DNA of 32,000 nt from Halorhodospira halophila SL1 (GCF_000015585.1 NC_008789.1:2610001-2642000); one strand, 5' to 3'; counted from the stretch's first letter, positions 1-8,895 are shown. Made by a program: numbers and translations. The notes: a model not told the origin generated them from the letters alone.

Positions 1-1
1 C

Positions 2-448
2 GGCCTGGGCGTCGAGGACACCGATGCGCTGAGCGAGGCGGAGGGGGTCGATGACGACGCCGCAGAGTCCGACACCGGGGCCAAAGACGACTCGCCCGCC
101 GATCCGGCTGATACCGCCGGGCAGATCGCCCGCGAGGAACTCGAGTCCCTGGAACAGCAGTTTCGCGAAGATCCCGGCCAGATCACCCGCATGGTGCAGG
201 TACGGCCGGTGATGGGCGACGGCGCCATCCGGGGTTTCCGGCTCAGCGCCATGGATGACCGGGGGGCGGAACTGATGGATCAGCTCGGGCTGCGCAACGA
301 GGACGTGATCACCGAGGTGGAGGGCGTCTCGGTAGCTGATCAGCAGGGGCTGCAGTCCCTGGTCGAGGAGATGCGCGAGGCCTCGCGGGTACGGGTGCGC
401 CTGGAGCGCAACGGCAGCGAGCAAGAGATGACCCTGAGGATCGAGTAA
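2..448 (+). CDS. gspC: Type II secretion system protein GspC, C-terminal part (5' end lies outside the window)
   Basis: Frame 2 is open from the window edge to TAA 446-448. It has a PDZ-like C-terminal segment (GFRLSAM...GLRNEDVITEVEGVSV...VRLERNG). The stop overlaps the gspE ATG (TAATG). Confidence 0.6.
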   Translation, partial: GLGVEDTDALSEAEGVDDDAAESDTGAKDDSPADPADTAGQIAREELESLEQQFREDPGQITRMVQVRPVMGDGAIRGFRLSAMDDRGAELMDQLGLRNEDVITEVEGVSVADQQGLQSLVEEMREASRVRVRLERNGSEQEMTLRIE

Positions 449-1917
449 TGGACGAGATCCCCTTCGCCTTCGCCCGCCGCCACGGCCTGGTACCGCTGGA
501 GATCGGCGACGGCCAGGTCCGCGTCGCCTACCGCACCGGGGTGCAGCCGAGCGCTATCGCCGAACTGCGCCGGCGCCTGGGCCAGCCCCTGGCCCTGGAG
601 CGGGTCGATACCGAGCGCTTCGAGGCACTGCTGCGCGAAGTCTACGAACGCTCCTCCGGCGAGGCGGCACAGGCCATGGAGGGGATCGGCGACGACATGG
701 ACCTGCAGAGCGTGGCCAGCGAACTGGCCGAGCCGCAGGACCTCATGGAGACCGAGGACGACGCCCCGGTCATCCGCCTGATCAACGCCCTGCTCACCGA
801 GGCGATCAAGGAGGACGCCTCGGACATCCACATCGAGACCTTCGAGTCCCGCCTGGTGGTCCGCTTTCGGGTCGACGGCGTGCTGCGCGAGGTCCTCGAG
901 CCGCCGCCGGCCCTGGCGCCGCTGCTGATCTCCCGGGTGAAGGTGATGGCGCGACTGGACATCGCCGAGAAGCGCCTCCCCCAGGACGGGCGCATCTCCC
1001 TGCGCATCGCCGGGCGCCCGGTGGACGTGCGCGTCTCCACCCTGCCCGTCGGTCAGGGCGAGCGAGTGGTGCTGCGCCTGCTCGACAAGCAGGCCGGGCG
1101 GCTCAATCTCACTCATCTGGGCATGGACGAGCGCAACCTGGCCAGCCTCCAGCGGGTCATCCACGCGCCCCACGGCATCCTGCTGGTCACCGGGCCCACC
1201 GGCTCGGGCAAGACCACGACCCTCTACGCCGCTCTGGCCGCCATCAACGACCGCCAGCGCAACATCATGACCGTGGAGGACCCCATCGAGTACTACATCG
1301 ACGGGGTCAACCAGACGCAGATCAACCCGAAGGTGGACATGACCTTCGCCCGCGGCCTGCGCGCCATCCTGCGCCAGGACCCGGACGTGGTGATGGTCGG
1401 CGAGATCCGCGACGTGGAGACCATGGAGATCGCCATCCAGGCCTCGCTGACCGGCCACCTGGTGCTCTCCACTCTGCACACCAACACCTCCATCGGCGCC
1501 GTCACCCGGCTGCGGGATATGGGCATCGAGCCCTTCCTGCTCGCCTCCAGCCTCATCGGCGTCATGGCCCAGCGCCTGGTGCGCCTGCTCTGCCCCGAGT
1601 GCAAAACCCCGTACCAGCCGACGCCCTCCGATCTGGAGCGGCTCGGCATCGACGCCCGGGGGGAACTGCCGACGCTCTACCAGGCCGTGGGCTGCGAGGC
1701 GTGCAACCACCTGGGCTACCGCGGCCGGACCGGGATCTACGACGTGGTGGAGCTCGACCCCACGCTCCGGCAGATGATCCACGACGGCGCCGGTGAGCAG
1801 GATATGGAGCGCTACGCCCGGCGCAGCAACCCCTCCATGGCCGCCGATGGCGCACGGCGCATCCTCAACGGCGAGACCACGGTGGAAGAGGTCTTGCGGG
1901 TGACGCAGGAGGGGTAA
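448..1917 (+). CDS. gspE: Type II secretion ATPase GspE
   Basis: 489 aa. N-terminal GspE-type domain (IPFAFARRHGLV), Walker A GPTGSGKTT, Asp/His boxes, and the tetracysteine motif CPECK...CEACN typical of GspE. Confidence 0.95.
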   Translation: MDEIPFAFARRHGLVPLEIGDGQVRVAYRTGVQPSAIAELRRRLGQPLALERVDTERFEALLREVYERSSGEAAQAMEGIGDDMDLQSVASELAEPQDLMETEDDAPVIRLINALLTEAIKEDASDIHIETFESRLVVRFRVDGVLREVLEPPPALAPLLISRVKVMARLDIAEKRLPQDGRISLRIAGRPVDVRVSTLPVGQGERVVLRLLDKQAGRLNLTHLGMDERNLASLQRVIHAPHGILLVTGPTGSGKTTTLYAALAAINDRQRNIMTVEDPIEYYIDGVNQTQINPKVDMTFARGLRAILRQDPDVVMVGEIRDVETMEIAIQASLTGHLVLSTLHTNTSIGAVTRLRDMGIEPFLLASSLIGVMAQRLVRLLCPECKTPYQPTPSDLERLGIDARGELPTLYQAVGCEACNHLGYRGRTGIYDVVELDPTLRQMIHDGAGEQDMERYARRSNPSMAADGARRILNGETTVEEVLRVTQEG

Positions 1918-1990
1918 CCCGGCACCAAGCCGAACACGGGGCAGAGGCGCCCCTCCGCCCCGCAGCCTTCAGCTTGGCACGAGGCCTTCC

Positions 1991-2311
1991 TCAAGCCGGC
2001 GCGAAGACGTCGCACCAACCGTCCGCGCTGACCAGGACGTCGGCGAAGTCCGGGTGGGAACACTCGCCGTAGCCGCCCTCCACCTCGCCCTCCCAGAACC
2101 TGCAGTCCTGGCACTGCTGTCCGGCCTGGTAGCGGGCGTGGTCCTCGGCATCCGCGGCATCGCCGACGTAGTCGTGGGCGTGGCCGTCGTCGGCCTGCGG
2201 CGCGGCCGTGGCCGTGCGGTGATGCACCAGGGCACTCAGCGGGATGGCGGCGGCCATCAGCGTCGAGGCCTGCAGCAGCCGGCGGCGGTTGTGGTCGATG
2301 GATTCCGTCAT
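1991..2311 (-). CDS. High-potential iron-sulfur protein (HiPIP) with twin-arginine signal peptide
   Basis: ATG at 2311 is preceded by AAGGAG (2321-2326). Tat motif NRRRLLQAS. Mature part has the four-Cys HiPIP pattern (QQCQDCRFW...GECSHPDF...GWCDVFAPA). The longer ORF start at 2413 has no SD and no signal logic. Confidence 0.9.
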   Translation of the reverse strand: MTESIDHNRRRLLQASTLMAAAIPLSALVHHRTATAAPQADDGHAHDYVGDAADAEDHARYQAGQQCQDCRFWEGEVEGGYGECSHPDFADVLVSADGWCDVFAPA

Positions 2312-2374
2312 AACCTCGTCCTCCTTGGCTTTTTCCCACAACTTTTTGAAACCAAGGTCAGCAACCCCCTGTTC

Positions 2375-2410
2375 ACCGCCCCCGGGCAGTCGACCTGCTT
2401 CGGGGGCGGT
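2375..2410 (-). other. Intercistronic GC-rich stem-loop between the large cytochrome gene and the HiPIP gene
   Basis: ACCGCCCCCG (2375-2384) pairs perfectly with CGGGGGCGGT (2401-2410). There is an inner GCAG/CTGC extension and no U-tract on the transcribed strand. Confidence 0.4.
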
Positions 2411-2442
2411 CACTCAAAAGGTATGCCTCGACGTTCACACCA

Positions 2443-5400
2443 CTACTCTTGAGGCACCTCCAGCGGGTACTCACTGTAATTCCTCAAATTGAGATCGGTG
2501 GCTTCGTGGCCTTGAGGCGCCAGCCGCGGGGCGATCCCGCCTCGCTCCCAGATATGCCACCCGAGCACATCTCCGTCGTCCGAAGCCCCTCCCGGTCGCT
2601 CGATCCCGCCATCGTGACAGGAGGTACAGGCAGCCGAGACCGGGCTCATCTTACGGTGCGCACCGATATCGTGGATCTCCGCGTCGCTGATGAAGTAATG
2701 GATTCCATACCAGTCCCCCGTCAGGGCCGTGGAGCCGATCACGCCATCTCCCATGGCTTCGAGCGAAACCGCTGCAGGGAAGTGGCAAGACCAGCAGCTG
2801 TCCTCCCCGGCCGGGAAACTCGTCTTGTTACGGAACTCGTCTCGGACCTGCAGCGGCTCCTGGCGAAAGCCACCGCCAGCCCGGCCCGAGGTATGGACTG
2901 CGTGGATGAGACGTTTGAAATCCGTCGCCTCTTCAAACTTCCCGTCGTGCTCACCAGGCATCTTCAGTTCATCGTAGAGAGCCTTCTGGTCCGCGCCGAA
3001 CGGCGACCCCTCGAATTGCGAGCGGTCCGGCCATGCGGTATCGGTCATATTCGGGGTGTGGCAAGTCACACAGACCTGCGGGTTGTTGGTGCGATTATCC
3101 CCATGGACCGAGAGCTGCATATGGCAGCTACGGCAGCCGAGAACCCCTTGGTTTTGCTGATCGAGGGGCACGTTCTCGTCGTTCACCTCAAACTGCACGA
3201 GTTGAGCACGACCGTCCGTCGCAGCGCGTGCCGGGGTCGACCCGGGCTGGATCTCCCACTCCTGCAGCGGGCTGCCGTCGAAGGCAAAGTCCTCGGCCTG
3301 ACTCGTCAGCCTCAACTCACGGGTATCAAGAATGCCGCCGTTACCGTCTTCAATGTCCCGGGTTATGGTTCCCTCGGCTACGGCAGTTGCAACGGCCCCA
3401 GAATCCGTGAAGTCGAAATCAGCGGCGCTGTAACCGGTGATTTCCTCCCAGCCGAGCTCGACCCTGAACTCACCGCCGCCGAGTTCTTCAACTACGCCAA
3501 CCCCGGTACCAGCAGGCTCACCGCCTTCATCCGTAGCGATACTGACACTGGCGGTCGGGGCGCCAGGCTGGCGATGATCACTAGTGGAGTGAGTGTAGTC
3601 TTTGAACCCTTCGTCCATCCAGGCGAAGAAGACGCTCAGATCCAAATCCTGGTCCCAAAGATTTCCGTTGGCAGCGTCCTCGACGTAGACGACCGCCTCG
3701 AAGCCATCTTCCGTTACCTCCGGAGGACCTCCGTTAAGACCCTCGATCACCACCTCAAAGCGGTCCGCAACCATAGCGTGACGGAGGCCCTGCAGGTGGG
3801 AGCTGAGGAGATGCGGGTCATCATCTACATCGTCACCGTCAAGCGGATCATACGCTCTCAACGGTGCAAGGCTTCCAGCGGGCCCGACGCCCACATGGGT
3901 CTCCAGGTCCTCATTTATCCAGTCGCTAAGGGGCTTCGACGCACCCGCAGCGTGGCACCCGGACGAGCAGGTCTCATGCGGGGCATAAGTCGTATCTTCT
4001 TCACCGTGGCGGTGGCTCTCCAGCCAGTCTGTGCCGACATCCAAGTAGTCTGCGCCCCACAGGGCCTCTACGGGCTCACTACTATCGTTTACGTGCCAGT
4101 ACTGATCATCGTGGCACGAACGACACGCCTGCACGTTGAAGACATCGTGCCAGTTGTCTCCCTGAGCGGTTACTTCGGCGGTATCGAGCCGGTCGGCGAC
4201 GTACCCCTCCTCAAGCCCGAAGTCTTCCTCGGCTAAGTGGTCCAGTAAAGCCGCACTATCCTCGCCCTGATGGCACTTCACACAGTTGGTGATGCCCTTG
4301 TCGAAATCCGTTCTCTCCGCAACGCCCTCGCGTGCGTCGGTATTCCAGATCCCATCCTGGCCGGGCGACGGACCCTGCGGGAACCGAACCGTACTCCAGT
4401 CGCTAGCCGCCGGGGCGGCGGCCAGCAGGTCCACCTCTGCATCTCCGTCCACGCCATAGGCGGGGAGATCAGAGCCACGGTGGATGCGGTGGACGAATTG
4501 CTTGAAGTCCCCGCTGCGCCCGGACGCTGCATAAATGTGGCCCGGGTTGTGGCAAGTGACACACTGCTCAACCTCGGAGCGGTTGCCGCCGTGCTGGGAA
4601 AAACCGTTGTGGCAGCTATTGCAGCTCTCCGTGGTAACGACATTGCGCACCGCCGGGACGTCATCCCGGTCCGTGGTCTGATGCATCATATCGACCGGAT
4701 CGTAGGCGCCCGGATCGATAATCGCCGCGTTCTCGACCTTCCCCTCGATCCACGCATAGTTCGCCACCGGCTCTGGGACGAAGTCGTAGGTCTCGTTATA
4801 GGCCGTGACCCCGCTCACCTCCAGCCCGAGTCGGTGGGTATGACGGGCATCGAACTCCACGACGAACTGATCATCCTCTGTGACAAATACGCCCTGGGGC
4901 AGCGCCGTGCCATCGGGCCACCAACAGATCACTTCCTGTGTATGGATGCCGTCTTCGGTGTTGGTCTCGTCGGTGCAGTTGATGTGCTGACCCAGGCCTC
5001 CATGATCCGAGATCTCCGTAAAGGCACCGCGCTCAATAGTGAGGGTCTCGTCTACGCCAGACGCAGTAATACTGACCTGTTCGTTCTCGCGCCATTCCCA
5101 GTTCGTGAGCTCCTGGTCCTCGAGATCGACTCGGAGCGTCTCGCCGTCCACCATCTCGACCCCCGCGGTGACCGGCTCCGGCGCCGGGTAAAGCACGGCC
5201 GTATCGGCGTCACCGGCCCGGAAAGGCACGGAGTCCGCCCTGTGCGGGATGTTGAAGTAGTTCTGCCAGTCGTGGCCGATTTCGTTTTCATCGATTTCAC
5301 CGGCCGGATCGTCGTCTTCTGAAGCGCGCAACCGCGGGGAAAGCCGCGCGAACGTCACGGTGAAGTCCCCGGCTTGTCTGTCCGACAGATCCTGGGACAG

Positions 5401-5778
5401 GCTGATGGTCAACTCCGGCCCATCGTTGTCTTCGAATTCGACACGCTCGATCAGATTCTCATCCTCACCGCCGGGTATCTGATCGCGGGTTGACCCCTGA
5501 GCCAAATCGTGGACCTCGTTGATCGGCTGTGGATCCTCACCGGGCTCGTGGCAGTCGGCGCACTCCTCACTTCGCGGATCCAGATCCTCGATGTCCGCCC
5601 ATTCACCCTCATGGAAACTCGTGGCCGCGGCGGTTCCACCATCACCGCCTTCCTCCACGATCTCCGTGGTCTCGTCGCGGTCACAGGCGGAGAGGGCCAG
5701 GACCGCTGCGATGGCGCAGCTGGTGACCAGGCCCCGACGCCCATACCGTGATCGTTGTGTTGCGATGGTCTCGGTCAT
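2443..5778 (-). CDS. Large multihaem c-type cytochrome lipoprotein, OmcA/MtrC-like (9 CXXCH plus 1 CX3CH)
   Basis: ATG 5778 with AGGAGGGGG SD (5783-5791). Signal peptide ends in the lipobox LSAC. Haem motifs: CADCH, CNSCH, CVTCH, CVKCH, CRSCH, CSSGCH, CRSCH, CVTCH, CWSCH, CTSCH. The module CxSCH-x5-HG(G/D)NR-x5/6-CVTCH(N/T)P is duplicated (4540-4623 and 3049-3135). Confidence 0.85.
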   Translation of the reverse strand: MTETIATQRSRYGRRGLVTSCAIAAVLALSACDRDETTEIVEEGGDGGTAAATSFHEGEWADIEDLDPRSEECADCHEPGEDPQPINEVHDLAQGSTRDQIPGGEDENLIERVEFEDNDGPELTISLSQDLSDRQAGDFTVTFARLSPRLRASEDDDPAGEIDENEIGHDWQNYFNIPHRADSVPFRAGDADTAVLYPAPEPVTAGVEMVDGETLRVDLEDQELTNWEWRENEQVSITASGVDETLTIERGAFTEISDHGGLGQHINCTDETNTEDGIHTQEVICWWPDGTALPQGVFVTEDDQFVVEFDARHTHRLGLEVSGVTAYNETYDFVPEPVANYAWIEGKVENAAIIDPGAYDPVDMMHQTTDRDDVPAVRNVVTTESCNSCHNGFSQHGGNRSEVEQCVTCHNPGHIYAASGRSGDFKQFVHRIHRGSDLPAYGVDGDAEVDLLAAAPAASDWSTVRFPQGPSPGQDGIWNTDAREGVAERTDFDKGITNCVKCHQGEDSAALLDHLAEEDFGLEEGYVADRLDTAEVTAQGDNWHDVFNVQACRSCHDDQYWHVNDSSEPVEALWGADYLDVGTDWLESHRHGEEDTTYAPHETCSSGCHAAGASKPLSDWINEDLETHVGVGPAGSLAPLRAYDPLDGDDVDDDPHLLSSHLQGLRHAMVADRFEVVIEGLNGGPPEVTEDGFEAVVYVEDAANGNLWDQDLDLSVFFAWMDEGFKDYTHSTSDHRQPGAPTASVSIATDEGGEPAGTGVGVVEELGGGEFRVELGWEEITGYSAADFDFTDSGAVATAVAEGTITRDIEDGNGGILDTRELRLTSQAEDFAFDGSPLQEWEIQPGSTPARAATDGRAQLVQFEVNDENVPLDQQNQGVLGCRSCHMQLSVHGDNRTNNPQVCVTCHTPNMTDTAWPDRSQFEGSPFGADQKALYDELKMPGEHDGKFEEATDFKRLIHAVHTSGRAGGGFRQEPLQVRDEFRNKTSFPAGEDSCWSCHFPAAVSLEAMGDGVIGSTALTGDWYGIHYFISDAEIHDIGAHRKMSPVSAACTSCHDGGIERPGGASDDGDVLGWHIWERGGIAPRLAPQGHEATDLNLRNYSEYPLEVPQE

Positions 5779-5820
5779 CGTTCCCCCTCCTGGCGGAGTC
5801 GTTCTTATCCGGTCCAACAC

Positions 5821-7866
5821 TCAGAACTTGAAGCCCACCGATCCGACGACCAGGTGAGCGGTGTAGTCGTAGGCCTCCCGCCCCATGAGCACGAATTCGC
5901 CGTCGTCGTCGGGGTCGGGGTCGGGGCCAAAGCCTTTCATCCAGTCCTGCTCTTCAAAGCGCTGACCGACGTAGGCGAGGCGCACCCATCCGGAGTCGGT
6001 GATCTGGTGCTCGCCGTAGAGCTGGAGCTGGGTGAGACGGGTCTCGAGGGTCGGGTAGCGCTGGTCGCCGTCGGGGTCGGCGACGAGGATGTCGCTGTCC
6101 GAGGTGGCGTAGAGCAGCTCGGTACCGAGCGTCCAGCGCTGATCGTTGTCGAGGCTCGTCTCGCCGCCGACCCCGAGGGTGAGGATCTCCTCCTCCTGGG
6201 TCAGGCTGCGGTCGTCACCGCCCTGGGCGCGATCCCGCTCCTCGTAGGTGAGGAAGGCGTAACCGCTGGTGGTCTCTACCGGGAAGTAGTCGGCGGAGAG
6301 GGTGACGGCGCTGCGGTCATCGCCCTCAAGGCCGGCATCCGAGTGCACATAGTCATCCTCGAGGTAAGTGAACTCGGCACCTAGAGCAAGCTCGGGGATA
6401 AGGTGGTAGGTAGCGCTCGCACCGATATCCAGCCGCGTCAAATCGGCCATGTGGTAAAGATCGAGCTCCGGAATATTATCGGCCAGAGCCGAGCCACCCC
6501 CGGCATAGCTCGCCCCCCACCGGTCCATATACGCACCGCGCACGGTTATGCTCAGATTGTCGGTGGGCTGACTGCGCAGACGGCCGCGGTAGGTGTCTTC
6601 GATGGTTTCGTCGTCGGCGTAGGTACGATCTTTCTCCTCGTACTGGTAACCGACCATCAGATTACTGCGCATCGGCAGCCGGAAGTCCGCATCGAACCCC
6701 GCCCTGTGGCGGGTCCAGTCGTGAACGCGCGTGGAGCGGTTCATGGTCGGCAGGTCGTCCCACTGAGCCGACTGGTTGTCCCGGTCCTCGTACTCGTACT
6801 CCGCCTTCACCCGTACGCGGGGGTGGAAGCGATGTGTACCCTGGAGACCTAGACGGGTCGTATCGATCCGGCCATCGAGGTTGTTGCCGAGGACATCCAG
6901 GACGTCCTCGTAGGCCGAATCGTCGATGAAGGACTCATCCTGCTCCGCGCGCCCGTAGACCAGGCTGCCGCTGACCGACGTGCCCGGTTGCAGGGCGTAC
7001 GCCATGGAGCCACTGAACTGATGGTAGCGGTTCTCCGGGGGCCGGGACAGGCGGTGCCGATCACCCTCCTCTAGATTGGTCCAGTCATCCGCTCGGGGGT
7101 CGTCGACGTCGAAAGAGTCTCCGCTGAGCTGCGTGAACTCGGAGAGGTGATAGCCAACCCGCGCCTGGAGGGCATCACCGGCGTACTCCGCACCGAGGTC
7201 GAGCTGGTCGGTGCGCTGATCCACCGGGGCGGGCATCTGGAACCCCCGCGGCGCCGCATCGCTCCATATGCCATAGCCGCGGTACTGGTGCCCCTCCTTC
7301 TCCTCGCGGCTGAAACCAACATCGAGTTTCCAGTTGTCGCCGAGGACGCGATGGGCCCCCACCGCTGTGCGTTCACGCTGGGTGCCCACTTCCCAGTCAC
7401 GGCTGTCGGTCTCGACGTCGCCGGTCACTTGAGGCAACCGCAGATCACCCCCCTCATCCCGCAACGGGCTGACCACATCGTGATCGTAAGATCGCGGCAG
7501 CTCGTCGTACTGCAGATGCAGCCCGTAGGACCCCTGTACCCCGTAGCGGCCACGCAGGCGCCGCGAATCCAGCCCCAGATCGCGCCCCTCAAGGCGGCCA
7601 TACCGTCCTTCCTGTTCGTCCTCGCCGCGATAGCGCAGATCAAGCTCCAGGGCCGGGTAGAGCCCGTCCTCGACGGGCCCCGTGTAGCGGCGGAAGTGGC
7701 TGTTGTCCTGATCTAGATAGCCGAAGCCGAGCCAGATCTCCGACTCCGTCGGACCCACAAAGGTCGCGGAGGACTCGGGCGTGCCGGCATCGGCGCCGGC
7801 CACGATGAATAATGCCGTCGCCGATAGCGCCAGTGAGCTTCCCAATTTGGTGGTGGTTCGAGTCAT
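5821..7866 (-). CDS. Outer-membrane beta-barrel protein, MtrB/PioB family (cytochrome-associated porin)
   Basis: 681 aa. Sec signal peptide (ALFIVAGADA). Alternating Y/G/D-rich beta-strand pattern throughout. C-terminal VGFKF with terminal Phe. Lies between two multihaem cytochrome genes with 31- and 42-nt gaps. Confidence 0.8.
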   Translation of the reverse strand: MTRTTTKLGSSLALSATALFIVAGADAGTPESSATFVGPTESEIWLGFGYLDQDNSHFRRYTGPVEDGLYPALELDLRYRGEDEQEGRYGRLEGRDLGLDSRRLRGRYGVQGSYGLHLQYDELPRSYDHDVVSPLRDEGGDLRLPQVTGDVETDSRDWEVGTQRERTAVGAHRVLGDNWKLDVGFSREEKEGHQYRGYGIWSDAAPRGFQMPAPVDQRTDQLDLGAEYAGDALQARVGYHLSEFTQLSGDSFDVDDPRADDWTNLEEGDRHRLSRPPENRYHQFSGSMAYALQPGTSVSGSLVYGRAEQDESFIDDSAYEDVLDVLGNNLDGRIDTTRLGLQGTHRFHPRVRVKAEYEYEDRDNQSAQWDDLPTMNRSTRVHDWTRHRAGFDADFRLPMRSNLMVGYQYEEKDRTYADDETIEDTYRGRLRSQPTDNLSITVRGAYMDRWGASYAGGGSALADNIPELDLYHMADLTRLDIGASATYHLIPELALGAEFTYLEDDYVHSDAGLEGDDRSAVTLSADYFPVETTSGYAFLTYEERDRAQGGDDRSLTQEEEILTLGVGGETSLDNDQRWTLGTELLYATSDSDILVADPDGDQRYPTLETRLTQLQLYGEHQITDSGWVRLAYVGQRFEEQDWMKGFGPDPDPDDDGEFVLMGREAYDYTAHLVVGSVGFKF

Positions 7867-7897
7867 GGTTCTCGCGCCCTCGCCGTGATTGCAGAGC

Positions 7898-8845
7898 TCA
7901 GCGCTTGAAGAAGGCGCCGCCCGGGTGATTGGAGCCGTGAACCTCGGAGTGGCAGTTGGTACAGCCCTGCCCCCGTGTCATGAACTGCCCCTGCGACAGG
8001 CCTTCGTGATCCGGCCCAAGCAAATCACCGGGATGACCTGTGGTGACGTGACAGGACTGGCAAAGCTGGGCCGTGCGCGCCTCCAGCATGTTCGGGTGGA
8101 TCGAGCCGTGCGGGTTGTGGCAATGGGTGCAGTCTTCGGCCACCGGCTGGTGCTCCCAGAGGAACGGTCCCCGATACTCCGCGTGGCAGTTATGGCAGGT
8201 CTCATTCACCCCCCCGCCGCGGAGCATCGCGTGGCCAGTGGTGCCGTGGGGGTTGTGGCAGTCCGTGCACTCCACCTGGCCTTCCCGGACCGGATGGTGG
8301 TGCGGCCGGTTGAAGTCCACCCGACGCTCCTGGTGGCAACTGCTGCACAGCGTCAGCTGATCCTCCTCGCGGAGCAGGGTGTCGTTGTTGCTGTGCATGT
8401 TGTGGCAGTCGACGCAGGCCATGTCCTGGAACTCGTGAGCGCCACCATCCCAGTGCATGCGGTCCCCGCCGCTGTGGCAGTCCAGGCACGTCTCGTTGGC
8501 CTGGCTGGTGCTCACGTCTTCGCCGATCTCGAAGAAGTGCTCCCAGCCGTCGCCGTGACACTGGTAGCAGTAGTTGCCATCCTCTCGCGTCTGGCCCGCT
8601 GGTGTGCGTGGATCGGACCCCACGGCGTGGGGCGTCTCCTCCATGCGGCCGATGTGGGCGCGCAGATCCTCGGCACGGCGCTCGGCCACAACCGGTGAGA
8701 GACCACGCACCTCCTCGACGAGCTCCTCGAGCTGTTCGGGATCAAGGTCCTCACCCCCAGCCACCGGGGCGATCACCAGCAATGCGAAACAGGCCGCAGC
8801 GCACCCAAACGGCATCAGACGCCGGATCAGTCTTTGCGCGAACAA
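7898..8845 (-). CDS. Periplasmic multihaem c-type cytochrome, MtrA/DmsE/PioA/MtoA family (nine CXXCH motifs)
   Basis: Nine CXXCH motifs. The C-terminus CTNCHSEVHGSNHPGGAFFKR is the family hallmark. Preferred start is TTG 8845, 6 nt after AGGGAGGAG (8852-8860), which gives a normal signal peptide (FAQRLIRRLMPFGCAAACFALLVIAPVAG). An alternative is ATG 8815. The track start at 8911 overlaps the predicted promoter. Confidence 0.85.
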   Translation of the reverse strand: MFAQRLIRRLMPFGCAAACFALLVIAPVAGGEDLDPEQLEELVEEVRGLSPVVAERRAEDLRAHIGRMEETPHAVGSDPRTPAGQTREDGNYCYQCHGDGWEHFFEIGEDVSTSQANETCLDCHSGGDRMHWDGGAHEFQDMACVDCHNMHSNNDTLLREEDQLTLCSSCHQERRVDFNRPHHHPVREGQVECTDCHNPHGTTGHAMLRGGGVNETCHNCHAEYRGPFLWEHQPVAEDCTHCHNPHGSIHPNMLEARTAQLCQSCHVTTGHPGDLLGPDHEGLSQGQFMTRGQGCTNCHSEVHGSNHPGGAFFKR

Positions 8846-8895
8846 GGCGCGCTCCTCCCTATCGATGGAGTTTTGATTGTTATCAACGCCGGGAG

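Noticed and set aside
340-1782. Long antisense ORFs opposite clearly assigned genes, for example 340-1782(-), 2449-4236(+), 4270-5322(+), 9608-10510(-), 10399-11433(-), 19261-20808(-), 24361-25263(-), 25526-26611(+), 26542-27624(+) and 29828-31120(+).
   Set aside because: Their translations are Arg/Ala/Gly/Pro-rich low-complexity sequence with no recognisable motifs. They lie opposite genes with strong family signatures. This is typical shadow-ORF behaviour in high-GC DNA.
1918-1990. Possible bidirectional terminator between convergent gspE and HiPIP.
   Set aside because: Only short (4-5 bp) imperfect GC stems could be drawn and there is no U-tract. The evidence is not strong enough to annotate.
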